Below are positions 53,699 to 62,178 of a stretch of DNA of 64,000 bases, in pieces. The stretch comes from Sedimentisphaerales bacterium. GTDB lineage: Bacteria; Planctomycetota; Phycisphaerae; Sedimentisphaerales; SM23-30. The notes beneath the pieces are model-generated. The model ran no database searches. It was not told the DNA's origin and saw nothing but the letters and a program-made list of their open reading frames with translations. Position 1 is the first letter of the stretch. Each line of letters begins with the position of its first letter. The stretch lies in the NCBI GenBank assembly GCA_963663805.2, contig CAXXMR010000012.1, positions 512,001-576,000 on the forward strand. The letters run 5' to 3'. The position numbers and the translations under genes were made by a program.

Positions 53699-53727
53699 TT
53701 GCTTTTTGTCGAAAAATAGGGTAATAT
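53699..53727 (+). promoter_or_regulatory. Sigma70-type promoter divergent from the repressor
   Basis: TTGCTT-N17-TAATAT in an AT-rich intergenic region. Confidence 0.5.
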
Positions 53728-53777
53728 TTAATTAAGTTTGGTGTCTATTTAACATATTTTATTGTGAGGGTAGAAAA

Positions 53778-54227
53778 ATGACAAAAACAGCTTCTTTCAC
53801 GGACTTCGTCACTGGCCGGGCCAACCAGGATGCGACCCTGGAGATTTTGCATAATCGTATTGACTGGCTGCGCACTCCGCAGCGTCGGCTGGTCTACCTT
53901 TATTATGTTCAGGGTTTGAGTTTTCACCAGTTGTCAGGGCTGACCGGTCAGAATGAATTTACCCTCACCAAGCGTGTCCGGAACATTGCCCGTCGTCTGG
54001 TTCATTCCCCTTATGTTATTGTCAAGCGTCACCCGGATATTTTTGATTCTCGTGAGGCTCTGGTTGCATATGACAAATACCTGCTGGGTTCCGGTTATCG
54101 CGCGATTGCCCGTCGTTACGATCTTTCTGAATATCGAACGCGGAAGATTCTTACAACGATAAAGAGAAAAATAGACATGCTGCAAACTGCCGGGTGCCGA
54201 CTTATGAACGGCAGCGGAAATATTTAA
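53778..54227 (+). CDS. Protein with tandem sigma-region-4-like HTH motifs
   Basis: LRTPQRRLVYLYYVQGLSFHQLS and GSGYRAIARRYDLSEY. Confidence 0.7.
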   Translation: MTKTASFTDFVTGRANQDATLEILHNRIDWLRTPQRRLVYLYYVQGLSFHQLSGLTGQNEFTLTKRVRNIARRLVHSPYVIVKRHPDIFDSREALVAYDKYLLGSGYRAIARRYDLSEYRTRKILTTIKRKIDMLQTAGCRLMNGSGNI

Positions 54228-54271
54228 CCGCGGATTTTTTATTAAGAAGTGTAGTTTTCGGGGTCTTTTGA

Positions 54272-55718
54272 CAATCCTGTTCGGCACATTTATTGCTTAG
54301 ATACAGTTTTTCTGTGGTCTTTCCGGTTCATGTGGTTTCGTGGGTTATCCCTTGGTGGGGCTGTCCGTGCCGGCTATTTGGGCGCAGCATCAGCGGCGGC
54401 GGCGATTTTTTTGAGGATCGGCCTTAGTTTTGGCTTTGGAGTTTATTGATATGGTTCTGCATTTCTTGCTCGTCGGCCATGCCGCAGAGGTGCCAGCAGA
54501 GCATTTCGTAGGTTCTTAAAGTTGGTTTTTTGCCCGTCCACAGGCTGATCAGCATACAGGCGATAATCGCGGCGTACATCTGTAGTTCGATACCGTTTTC
54601 GCAGAGGCTTAGCAGATGTCGGCAGCCCAGCACATGCTTAAAAAAGCGGAAAAATATTTCGATGGCCCAGCGTTTCTGATAGAGCAGGGCAATGACTTCG
54701 GCGTCCAGGTCCAGCCGGTCGGTGGCAATCAAAATCATCTCACTCTGACGTGGTCCCTGGCCCCGTTTCAAATGCGGTTGACATTCAACCGCTATCAGGC
54801 GTAACGGTTGTTTGAAATCTTCCCGCAGTTTTTCACTGCTGCCGGCGATTACCGTACGATCAAAAATTATCCCCGCTTTTCGAGCATCTTCAGTTAAAGG
54901 TTTTTCCTGAATAGTTTCGTAAACCGTATCCTCACGCAGCCGACAGACAAAAGAGCTTTTACTATCCACAATGGCCTGAAACAGCTTAAAACAGGCATAT
55001 CCGCGATCATTGACATAAATCCGGCCGGGCTGAAGATTCTCTAAAAAAACCTTTCGCTCATCAGACTTGTCTTCACTGATATTTATTTTCAGAGGCACAT
55101 ATTTTTCCAGATCAAACTGAGTGTGTGCTTTAATTCCGGGTTTGTCGGTGTCCCAGGCAGCCTGAGTGAGTTTTTGCAAAGCCTGAATACTGTTGCCGTC
55201 CACCAGGGTAATGACCTGACCGACTTCCAGTTTTTTGTCCTGAGATATCGGCCCTAACTGCTCAGTGAGTTGAGCGATTATCGGCTCTAACAAAGAACTC
55301 TCAAAAACCCGGGATGCTTCCGAAAGCGAACCCAGCGAAGCACGCGAACAACCCAACAGCCGCTGTACCTTTTTGAGCTCGCCGGCCTGCTGCAAAGACC
55401 GGATGGAACTGCAGATCGGATTGAACATGTATAACAGCAGCAGACTGACATACTGGTCCATGAATAATGTGCGATTGCCGGCCCGGTCCCGCTCACATCC
55501 CGCCGAGTGAAGACCTTTCAGCAGAGCCGAGAGGGACTTGAAATACTTGAACCCACGCAGGTCCCGCTCCTTGATTTTCTGACGCTTAGCACTCATGCCT
55601 CCTATTAGAGCATAAATATCCCTCGAGCGCAAATTACCTATCTTAACATTTCGGGTTTTTTTTAAAAAAAATACAGGAGGCCAAAAGCCTAAAGCAATAA
55701 ATGTGCCGAACAGGATTG
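54272..55718 (-). mobile_element. IS4-family insertion sequence, 1447 bp, intact
   Basis: 27-bp perfect terminal IRs CAATCCTGTTCGGCACATTTATTGCTT; flanking direct repeat GTCTTTTGA at 54263-54271 and 55719-55727. Confidence 0.93.
54424..55596 (-). CDS. IS4-family DDE transposase
   Basis: VDG, DRGY and YQKRWAIEIFFRFFK (YREK-type) motifs; GGAGG before ATG 55596. Confidence 0.93.
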   Translation of the reverse strand: MSAKRQKIKERDLRGFKYFKSLSALLKGLHSAGCERDRAGNRTLFMDQYVSLLLLYMFNPICSSIRSLQQAGELKKVQRLLGCSRASLGSLSEASRVFESSLLEPIIAQLTEQLGPISQDKKLEVGQVITLVDGNSIQALQKLTQAAWDTDKPGIKAHTQFDLEKYVPLKINISEDKSDERKVFLENLQPGRIYVNDRGYACFKLFQAIVDSKSSFVCRLREDTVYETIQEKPLTEDARKAGIIFDRTVIAGSSEKLREDFKQPLRLIAVECQPHLKRGQGPRQSEMILIATDRLDLDAEVIALLYQKRWAIEIFFRFFKHVLGCRHLLSLCENGIELQMYAAIIACMLISLWTGKKPTLRTYEMLCWHLCGMADEQEMQNHINKLQSQN

Positions 55719-55770
55719 GTCTTTTGACGGAAAAAGCTGTGAACGGTTACGGGATTTATAGGAGGAAACC

Positions 55771-56433
55771 ATGACTACTTATACTCTTGAAAAAACTTTA
55801 CGGACCGACGCTCCCGTTTCGGCGAAGGTAAGCGCGGTGGCTAACATGTTTGGTTTGGGGCTGGACCGCGCTAAGACTCTTAACATTATTGAAAGATGTA
55901 ATATTGACATTAAGCCCGGCCAGGTTGTTTATATTACCGGTGCCAGCGGTGCGGGTAAGTCTTTACTGCTGAAACTCATTCATCAGCAAACCCCTGAAGC
56001 TCTCAATCTTGACGATGTTGAAATATCTCACGGCTGTCCGCTGGTTGATTGTTTTGTGAATCCTCTGGACGAGACTTTGCAGTGGCTTAGTTGGGCGGGG
56101 ATGTCGGACGCGTTCGCGATATTAAGGCGGCCAGAGGAATTGTCTGACGGTCAGCGGTATCGTTTTCGTTTGGCGATGGCTTTGGCTCGTAAGCCCGTGA
56201 TGATATGTATAGATGAGTTTTGCGCGACTCTGGATCGTATCACGGCGGCGGTGGTGGCTCATAATGTGCGGAAGTTCGCGGACCGGTTTAATACGACGTT
56301 TGTTATTGCGACGAGCCATGATGATTTGCTTGAAGATCTTGACCCTGATGTAATTGTTGTCAAGCATCTGGGCAGTCGGACGGATGTTTATTGTCCTCAT
56401 CGAGGAAGGCAAGAGGGATTTAAGAAGGCATGA
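55771..56433 (+). CDS. ABC-type ATPase (COG2401-like ATPase half)
   Basis: GASGAGKS, LSDGQRYR, IDEF, ATSH; no TM partner nearby. Confidence 0.85.
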   Translation: MTTYTLEKTLRTDAPVSAKVSAVANMFGLGLDRAKTLNIIERCNIDIKPGQVVYITGASGAGKSLLLKLIHQQTPEALNLDDVEISHGCPLVDCFVNPLDETLQWLSWAGMSDAFAILRRPEELSDGQRYRFRLAMALARKPVMICIDEFCATLDRITAAVVAHNVRKFADRFNTTFVIATSHDDLLEDLDPDVIVVKHLGSRTDVYCPHRGRQEGFKKA

Positions 56434-56489
56434 GGGATGAGGCAAGAGTGAACGGCCAGGTTCCGCCTTTGGCGGAGTTTTTTTATTTT
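56405..56489. repeat. Modular repeat (heptamers plus palindrome)
   Basis: GGCATGA/GGGATGA/GGCAAGA, then GTGAACGGCCAGGTTCCGCCTTTGGCGGAG and a T run. Confidence 0.8.
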
Positions 56490-56506
56490 GTTGTTGGTTT
56501 GGTTTT

Positions 56507-57268
56507 ATGATGGATGGACATTTTTGCACATTAAGGAAAAAGCTTGAGATTCGGCGGTCTGATTTTGGGGCTTGGCATTGTCTGGCTTCGTATCATTACC
56601 GGCCTCACAGGTTTGGGCCTATCGACAGTATTTACGCGATTTATCCGCGTCAATCGCATCGTTTGTTTGGTCGGGAGCCGGTGGGGGTTATTGTTTATAT
56701 GATGCCTGTCCCTCATAGTCATTTACGTAATCTCGCTACGGCCAATCGTTATGTCAATCTGGGTTCTGAGGGAGCGGCGTTGGCGATGCTTAATAAGGAG
56801 ATTCGATGTATATCTCGTGTTGTTATTCATCCGCAGTATCGGGGGATTTCGTTAGCGACTTGGCTGGTGAAAGAGACTTTGCCGCTGATGAGTACACCGC
56901 TGGTGGAGGCGTCGGCGGTTATGGCACGAGTGAATCCCTTTTTTGAGCGGGCGGGGATGGTACGTTATGATGGTCCGGCGACGGCTCAGTCGGTGTGTCT
57001 TGAGGAGGCGTTTGGTTATGTGGGGGTTGGCGAGGATGTTTATGGTAATGCGGCGCGGCTGGTTGAGGTTATTGAGGCGATGGGGGGGGAGAGGAGGAAA
57101 TTTGTTATGCGGGAGTTGAAGTGTTTTTTGCGGTGTCATGTTACGGAGGTGCCGGGTGATTTGGGTGGGGTGGTTTCGCTGGCGGTTTATTATTTGCTTA
57201 GTCGGCCGGTTTATTTTTTGTGGGAGAATATTAACGGCATGGAAGAAGGCATGAGGCATGAGGCATGA
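56507..57268 (+). CDS. GNAT-fold acetyltransferase (COG2401-like acetyltransferase half)
   Basis: YHY motif; ISRVVIHPQYRGISLA acetyl-CoA motif; MARVNPFFERAGM. Confidence 0.8.
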   Translation: MMDGHFCTLRKKLEIRRSDFGAWHCLASYHYRPHRFGPIDSIYAIYPRQSHRLFGREPVGVIVYMMPVPHSHLRNLATANRYVNLGSEGAALAMLNKEIRCISRVVIHPQYRGISLATWLVKETLPLMSTPLVEASAVMARVNPFFERAGMVRYDGPATAQSVCLEEAFGYVGVGEDVYGNAARLVEVIEAMGGERRKFVMRELKCFLRCHVTEVPGDLGGVVSLAVYYLLSRPVYFLWENINGMEEGMRHEA

Positions 57269-57484
57269 GGCAAGAGTGAACGGCCAGGTTCCGCCTTTGG
57301 CGGAGTTTTTTTATTTAACGGCATGGAAGAAGGCACGAGGTATTTAAGAAGGCATGAGGCATGAGGGATGGGGGATGAGGGAACGGCTTGGTTTCGGCCT
57401 TTGGCCGAGGGTTCTTATTTAACGGCAACGGCAACGGCAACCGCTTACTGACGTGCGCGGCTCTGAAATGTGTGTGGCTCTGAT
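57231..57484. repeat. Tandem cluster of modular repeats
   Basis: Two heptamer+palindrome units, AACGGC x3, then CCGCTTACTGACGTGCGCGGCTCTG. Confidence 0.85.
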
Positions 57485-57542
57485 GGGTGAATTGAGGGCC
57501 TTAAGTTGACCTGATGATAAGTGAAAGTGAAGGAGTTTTGGA

Positions 57543-58154
57543 ATGGAAGTTGTGTCGATTGAGTTAGAGAGGCTTTTTGATCATCCTGAGAATGCCAATG
57601 TTATGAAGGCGGGAGAGCTGGCGCAGCTGAAGCTGCATATTGGTGAGGGTGGTGATTATGAGCCGCTGGTGGTTCGTTCTCACGTTGAGAAGGCGGGATG
57701 TTTTGAGCTGCTGAACGGTCATCATCGGCGGCGGGTACTGAGTGAACTGGGGTATGAACGAGCGTGGTGTGTGGTTTGGGATGTTGATGATGACAGGGCC
57801 CGGATGCTGTTGGCGACGCTTAATCGATTGCAGGGTAGCGATGATCCGGCTCGGCGGGCACGGTTGCTTGAGCGCTTGAATGAGAAGCTCGACCGGAAGG
57901 AACTGGTCCGGCGGCTGCCGGAGGGGGCGGGTCATATTGAGAAGCTGCTGGCGCTGAATCGGCCAGTACGGTGTGTTCGGCCTGAGCGGGTGGCGGGGTT
58001 GCCGGTGGCTTTGACTTTTTTTGTGACGCGTGAGCAGAAGAGTTTGATTGAGAAGGCGCTGAAGATTATGGCGGCGCGGCGGCCCGATGAGAGGCGGGAG
58101 CGGAGTGAGCTGCTGGTTAGTTTGGCGGAGGAGGTGGTTCAGGAGAAGGCATGA
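57543..58154 (+). CDS. ParB/Srx N-terminal domain protein (phage packaging-locus type)
   Basis: HPENAN, EPLVV, LLNGHHR, NRLQG motifs. Confidence 0.82.
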   Translation: MEVVSIELERLFDHPENANVMKAGELAQLKLHIGEGGDYEPLVVRSHVEKAGCFELLNGHHRRRVLSELGYERAWCVVWDVDDDRARMLLATLNRLQGSDDPARRARLLERLNEKLDRKELVRRLPEGAGHIEKLLALNRPVRCVRPERVAGLPVALTFFVTREQKSLIEKALKIMAARRPDERRERSELLVSLAEEVVQEKA

Positions 58155-58311
58155 GGGATGGAAGAAGGCAAGGGGCATGAGGGATGAGGCAAGAGTGAAC
58201 GGCGAGGTTTAGGTCTGCGGTCGAGGTTTTTATTTAACGGCAACCGCTTACTGACGTACGCGGCTCTGATGGGTGCGGTGGTTTGACCGCTTACTGACGT
58301 GCGCGGCTCGG
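58145..58311. repeat. Modular repeat cluster
   Basis: Heptamers, palindrome module and two CCGCTTACTGACGTRCGCGGCTC copies. Confidence 0.85.
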
Positions 58312-58354
58312 CTTTTGTTGGTGGTTGTTGGTTTGGTTGTCAGGAGGATTTGAG

Positions 58355-58768
58355 ATGGATGTTGAGATTAAGAAGTTGGTGGCTGGTGAGGTTTTTCGGG
58401 GGGGGATGAGTGAGGATGAGATCATTGAGACTTATGGAGTTGGGCGGGGTGAGTTGCGGTCCTTTTTGAAGAGCAAGGCTTTTAAGAAAGAGATTGGGTT
58501 GTTGTGTCGGCAGGCGGTTCGTGATACTCGATTTACTTTGACTCGTTTTGCCCCGCTGGCGGCAGCTAAGCTGGTGGAGCTGATGGATTCTGATAAACCT
58601 GATGTGGTGCGTCGGGCGGCGTTGGATTTGATAGGTCAGGTTTTGGAGCCGAAAGAGGATAGTAGTGATGATAAATCGCAGGGGGCGGTGAAGGCTGATG
58701 CGATGAGTGATGCTGAGGCGCGTGGTCAATTGATGGTTCTGGCGAAAGGGGGTGTTGGTCGTGAATAG
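58355..58768 (+). CDS. Putative terminase small subunit / HTH protein
   Basis: AGGAGG before ATG 58355; N-terminal HTH-like segment, AAAKLVELM...RRAALDL; overlaps the large terminase start. Confidence 0.55.
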   Translation: MDVEIKKLVAGEVFRGGMSEDEIIETYGVGRGELRSFLKSKAFKKEIGLLCRQAVRDTRFTLTRFAPLAAAKLVELMDSDKPDVVRRAALDLIGQVLEPKEDSSDDKSQGAVKADAMSDAEARGQLMVLAKGGVGRE

Positions 58769-60191
58769 TGTAGAGCTGCTGGAGAGATTGAAGGGGTGTC
58801 GTCCTCGGAATCGGGCGGAGTTGAAGGCTTATGTGAAAGTTTATCTGGGGCTTGATATTCCGAGTAAGTCTCTTTGTGAGAATCATTGTTCGCCTTTGGA
58901 TTATCTGGCGTATGCTTTGGGGCTTGATGGTGAGGGGGGGCGTGACTGTGTGGTCTGGGCGAATCGGGGCGGGGGCAAGACTCGGCTGGGCGCGTTGGCT
59001 TCGCTCCTGGAGTCGGTTTTTTATGAGAACTGTCAGTCGCGGATTTTGGGTGGGTCGGAGGAGCAGTCGCGGCGGATGTATGATTATTTACAGCGTGATT
59101 CGCGGGGCCCGTTCGCGGAGTGTTTGGCGGGGGTTACGGCGAAGGCTTGTGCGTTCAAGAATGGTTCAGGTGTTCAGGTTCTGGCGCAGTCGCATCGTTC
59201 GGTGCGTGGTCATCATGTTCAGCGGCTGCGTTGTGATGAGGTTGAGTTGTTTGATCGTGAGGTTTTTGAGGCGGCTCAGTTTGTTACGCAGTCGTCGTAT
59301 GGCATTGCGGCTCGGCTTGAGATTTTATCGACTATGCATCGTCCTTTTGGTCTTATGCAGGAGATTGTGCAGGGGGCGGGGGCGGCTGATTTGCGGGTGT
59401 TTAACTGGTGTTTGTGGGAGGTTATTGAAAAATGTGTGGGGAGGGAGTGTTCGGTATGTCCCTTATATTCGGATTGTCAGGGGCGGGCGAAGGAGGCTGA
59501 TGGTTATTATTCGATAGATGACGCGATTGCTCAGAAGCGGCGGTCGAGTGAGCAGAGCTGGAAGGCGGAGATGCTTTGTTTGCAGCCTAACCGTCATGAT
59601 TTGGTATTTCCGGAATTTAGCCCTGCGGTTCATGTTCAGCCGCTAAGTTATAATCCGCAACTGGCGACCTATCGCAGTTTTGATTTTGGTTTTACCAATC
59701 CACTGGCCTGTCTGCTCATTCAGATTACGGCAGATGACCGCGTACTCATAATCGGCGAACACATCAAATCTCGCACCACTCTGGCTGAACATGCCCGATT
59801 GATTAAGGAGCGTTGGCCTTATCCGATAAAAGCGTCCTATTGCGACCCCGCCGGCAAACAGCGTCGCGAGATAACCGGCACTGCTGTGACTCAGGAGCTT
59901 AGCGCTTTGGGTATTCCCACTATCTCGCGGTCCAGCCGAATCCTCGACGGTCTGGAGTTGATACGCAATTACCTCGCCCCGGCTTGCGGCCCTGTTCGTT
60001 TGGTAATCTCACCTGACTGTCCTCAACTTATCAGAGCTTTTCAGTCATTGCATTACGGACGAGAGCTGAACGGCCAACAGTCAGAAGTTCCGCAAAAAGA
60101 CGGGGTAAACGACCACCCCATTGACGCTTTGAGATATTTCTTTATCAATCGTTTTAGAAATAGAAGCACGCTGAGAGAGGCTAGATACTAG
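58761..60191 (+). CDS. Phage terminase large subunit-like protein
   Basis: Walker A NRGGGKT, SVRG..Walker B LRCDEVE, ST coupling motif; nuclease motifs SFDFGFTNP, CDPAG and NDHPIDALRY. Confidence 0.88.
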   Translation: MNSVELLERLKGCRPRNRAELKAYVKVYLGLDIPSKSLCENHCSPLDYLAYALGLDGEGGRDCVVWANRGGGKTRLGALASLLESVFYENCQSRILGGSEEQSRRMYDYLQRDSRGPFAECLAGVTAKACAFKNGSGVQVLAQSHRSVRGHHVQRLRCDEVELFDREVFEAAQFVTQSSYGIAARLEILSTMHRPFGLMQEIVQGAGAADLRVFNWCLWEVIEKCVGRECSVCPLYSDCQGRAKEADGYYSIDDAIAQKRRSSEQSWKAEMLCLQPNRHDLVFPEFSPAVHVQPLSYNPQLATYRSFDFGFTNPLACLLIQITADDRVLIIGEHIKSRTTLAEHARLIKERWPYPIKASYCDPAGKQRREITGTAVTQELSALGIPTISRSSRILDGLELIRNYLAPACGPVRLVISPDCPQLIRAFQSLHYGRELNGQQSEVPQKDGVNDHPIDALRYFFINRFRNRSTLREARY

Positions 60192-60298
60192 GCTGCCTCG
60201 TCAACGGCGTGTTGCCTGGTTTGGGCAGATGTTGGTTTATTTTTGCATCAAAGGCAGGGTGAGGGTGTTCGGCTCCGGCCGCTTAGGGGCGTGTTGCT

Positions 60299-60423
60299 CA
60301 AATGGTCGATGATGTCATCAACCGCGAAAACCAAGGCCTTGCCTGGCAAGAAGCTGCCACCCGGACGATGTTTTTACGTAAATAAGGTTTTTAGTGTTCG
60401 ATCCGTCCGCTTACGCGGCTCGG
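60299..60423. repeat. Degenerate copies of the 3.5-kb hairpin element and the REP-like module
   Basis: 60299-60357 aligns without gaps to the reverse complement of ~3551-3607; CCGCTTACGCGGCTCGG at 60407. Confidence 0.55.
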
Positions 60424-60529
60424 CTTTTACATTCTTATGACGAAGGCAGGCTGATTATTCTTCAAGGATGAGGGTTTTGACGGTATAATGCGTCAGGCTT
60501 TTGATGTTACTTATATGAGGAAACGTTTT

Positions 60530-61318
60530 GTGCAGCAGTTTTTGCGAGACATAATTGTGCGGGCGGGGGAATTGACCCTGGAATATCGGCGTAAGGCTGA
60601 GGAATTGCAGGTTGATTGTAAGTCTGAGAAGGATTTGGTTACGGAGGCTGACCGGGCGGTTGAGGATTTTCTGCGGGGCGAAATTAACGCTAAGTATCCT
60701 GACCACGCTATCTTAGGTGAAGAAGGGGGTCAGAAGGGGGGTGGTTCTTATCGATGGATAATAGACCCTATTGATGGGACTACGGCTTTTGTGCATGGTC
60801 AGCCGTTTTATTCTGTTTCGATTGGGGTGGAAAAGGACGGGCAGATGGTTCTGGGGGCGGTGAATGCTCCGGTTCTGGGGGATTTGTTTGAGGCGGCATT
60901 GGGTTTTGGGGCGACGTGTAATGGTCGGCCCATAGGGATTTCAAAACGGGCTAAACTCGTACAAAGTGTTGTATGTACGGGGTTTGCATGTTTGCGTAGT
61001 AACTGGAAAAAGAATAATTTACCTTATTTTTGTGCTGTTGCTCCGGTTGCCCGCGGAGTGAGGCGGTATGGTTCGGCGGCGGTTGATTTGTGCTATGTCG
61101 GGTGTGGGCGGCTGGAGGCGTTCTGGGAGATGAATTTGAAGATTTATGATGTGGCGGCTGGTCTGCTCATCGCTGCTGAGGCTGGTGCGAAGATTTCAGA
61201 TTTTCAGGGCCGGGCTTGGCAGGGAGAAAATCTGCTGGTTAGTAACGGGCTGATACATGAGGAGATGGTTGAGATATTTCGTCGGGTAGATGAAGAAAAC
61301 AAGGACATTTTAGGATAA
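60530..61318 (+). CDS. Inositol monophosphatase family protein (SuhB-like)
   Basis: DLVTEAD, GEE, WIIDPIDGT, GSAA, DVAAG. The start could be further upstream (60488 or 60515). Confidence 0.92.
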   Translation: MQQFLRDIIVRAGELTLEYRRKAEELQVDCKSEKDLVTEADRAVEDFLRGEINAKYPDHAILGEEGGQKGGGSYRWIIDPIDGTTAFVHGQPFYSVSIGVEKDGQMVLGAVNAPVLGDLFEAALGFGATCNGRPIGISKRAKLVQSVVCTGFACLRSNWKKNNLPYFCAVAPVARGVRRYGSAAVDLCYVGCGRLEAFWEMNLKIYDVAAGLLIAAEAGAKISDFQGRAWQGENLLVSNGLIHEEMVEIFRRVDEENKDILG

Positions 61319-61338
61319 TTTTAGCGAAAGGAATACTC

Positions 61339-61605
61339 ATGAAAAAAGAAGACCATCTGATTTTTGGTGTCCACATTACTGACCGTTTGGTCAAGGCCAG
61401 CGAGGTTCAAAAATGTTTGTCTGAGTATGGTTGTAATATCAAGACTCGGCTGGGACTGCACGAAGTCAGCAGTGAATTCTGTTCGACAAATGGGTTGTTG
61501 ATTCTGGAGATGTTTGGGGATTTGGGCAAGTGCCGCGAGCTGGAAACGAAACTGAATGCTGTTGAAGGCGTTGAGGTTAAGAGTATGCAGTTTAAGCACG
61601 ATTAG
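61339..61605 (+). CDS. Small ACT-like protein (TM1266 / Fe-only hydrogenase regulator-like)
   Basis: GVHITDR..VQ..LSEYGCNIKTRLGL pattern. Confidence 0.6.
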   Translation: MKKEDHLIFGVHITDRLVKASEVQKCLSEYGCNIKTRLGLHEVSSEFCSTNGLLILEMFGDLGKCRELETKLNAVEGVEVKSMQFKHD

Positions 61606-62110
61606 TTTTCAGGGTGTCTTGCAGCACTTCGTGGATTTTGAGCGGGTAGCTGCAATGCAGCCAGATTGCTTCTATGCCGGCGGTTCCGGCGGTGGTGAAG
61701 ATGATGGTGCCCAGGCCGATTATTCGCTGGATAAAGCTTAGGGTCAGGTAGGTGTTTTGGATTTTGTCGAGCCCACACTGGAAGATGTCGATATTAAGTA
61801 CGCCGCGGACGCGGATTATGCGTTGGTCGGTGAGGATGTAATATCTGCCGGCCCACTGGCAGGCGGCGAAGCTGATACGCAGCAGGGCTGAAGTCAGGCA
61901 GGCGGCGGCGGTGTATCCGCTGTATATCCACGGGATGTAGAGCATAAATACACAGGCGGCGCTGACGGCGCTGATGAGCCACCAGGAGCAGGCCAGCGGG
62001 ATAAACCATAGTGACGGTTTGAGCGCAAGAACGACGGTTTCGTCGTCGCGGAGCAGTTCGGGCGGCAGCGAGCTGAGGAAATTAACATTTTCTGAATTTG
62101 GCGTAACCAT
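61592..62110 (-). CDS. Membrane protein with bacterial PH domain
   Basis: Two TMs, then YILTDQRII..G; QRIIGLGTI. Confidence 0.8.
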   Translation of the reverse strand: MVTPNSENVNFLSSLPPELLRDDETVVLALKPSLWFIPLACSWWLISAVSAACVFMLYIPWIYSGYTAAACLTSALLRISFAACQWAGRYYILTDQRIIRVRGVLNIDIFQCGLDKIQNTYLTLSFIQRIIGLGTIIFTTAGTAGIEAIWLHCSYPLKIHEVLQDTLKTNRA

Positions 62111-62178
62111 GATTGTATTATAAAGTAAAGGGAGTTGGGGACAAACAGTAAAATTTGTTGATTTGAGAGAGGATTGTT

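Noticed and set aside
57231..58311. Possible CRISPR array
   Set aside because: Repeat units vary in length and order, have no unique constant-length spacers, and no cas genes are present.
52784..60191. Complete prophage
   Set aside because: No integrase, att sites, or structural or lysis genes in the window.
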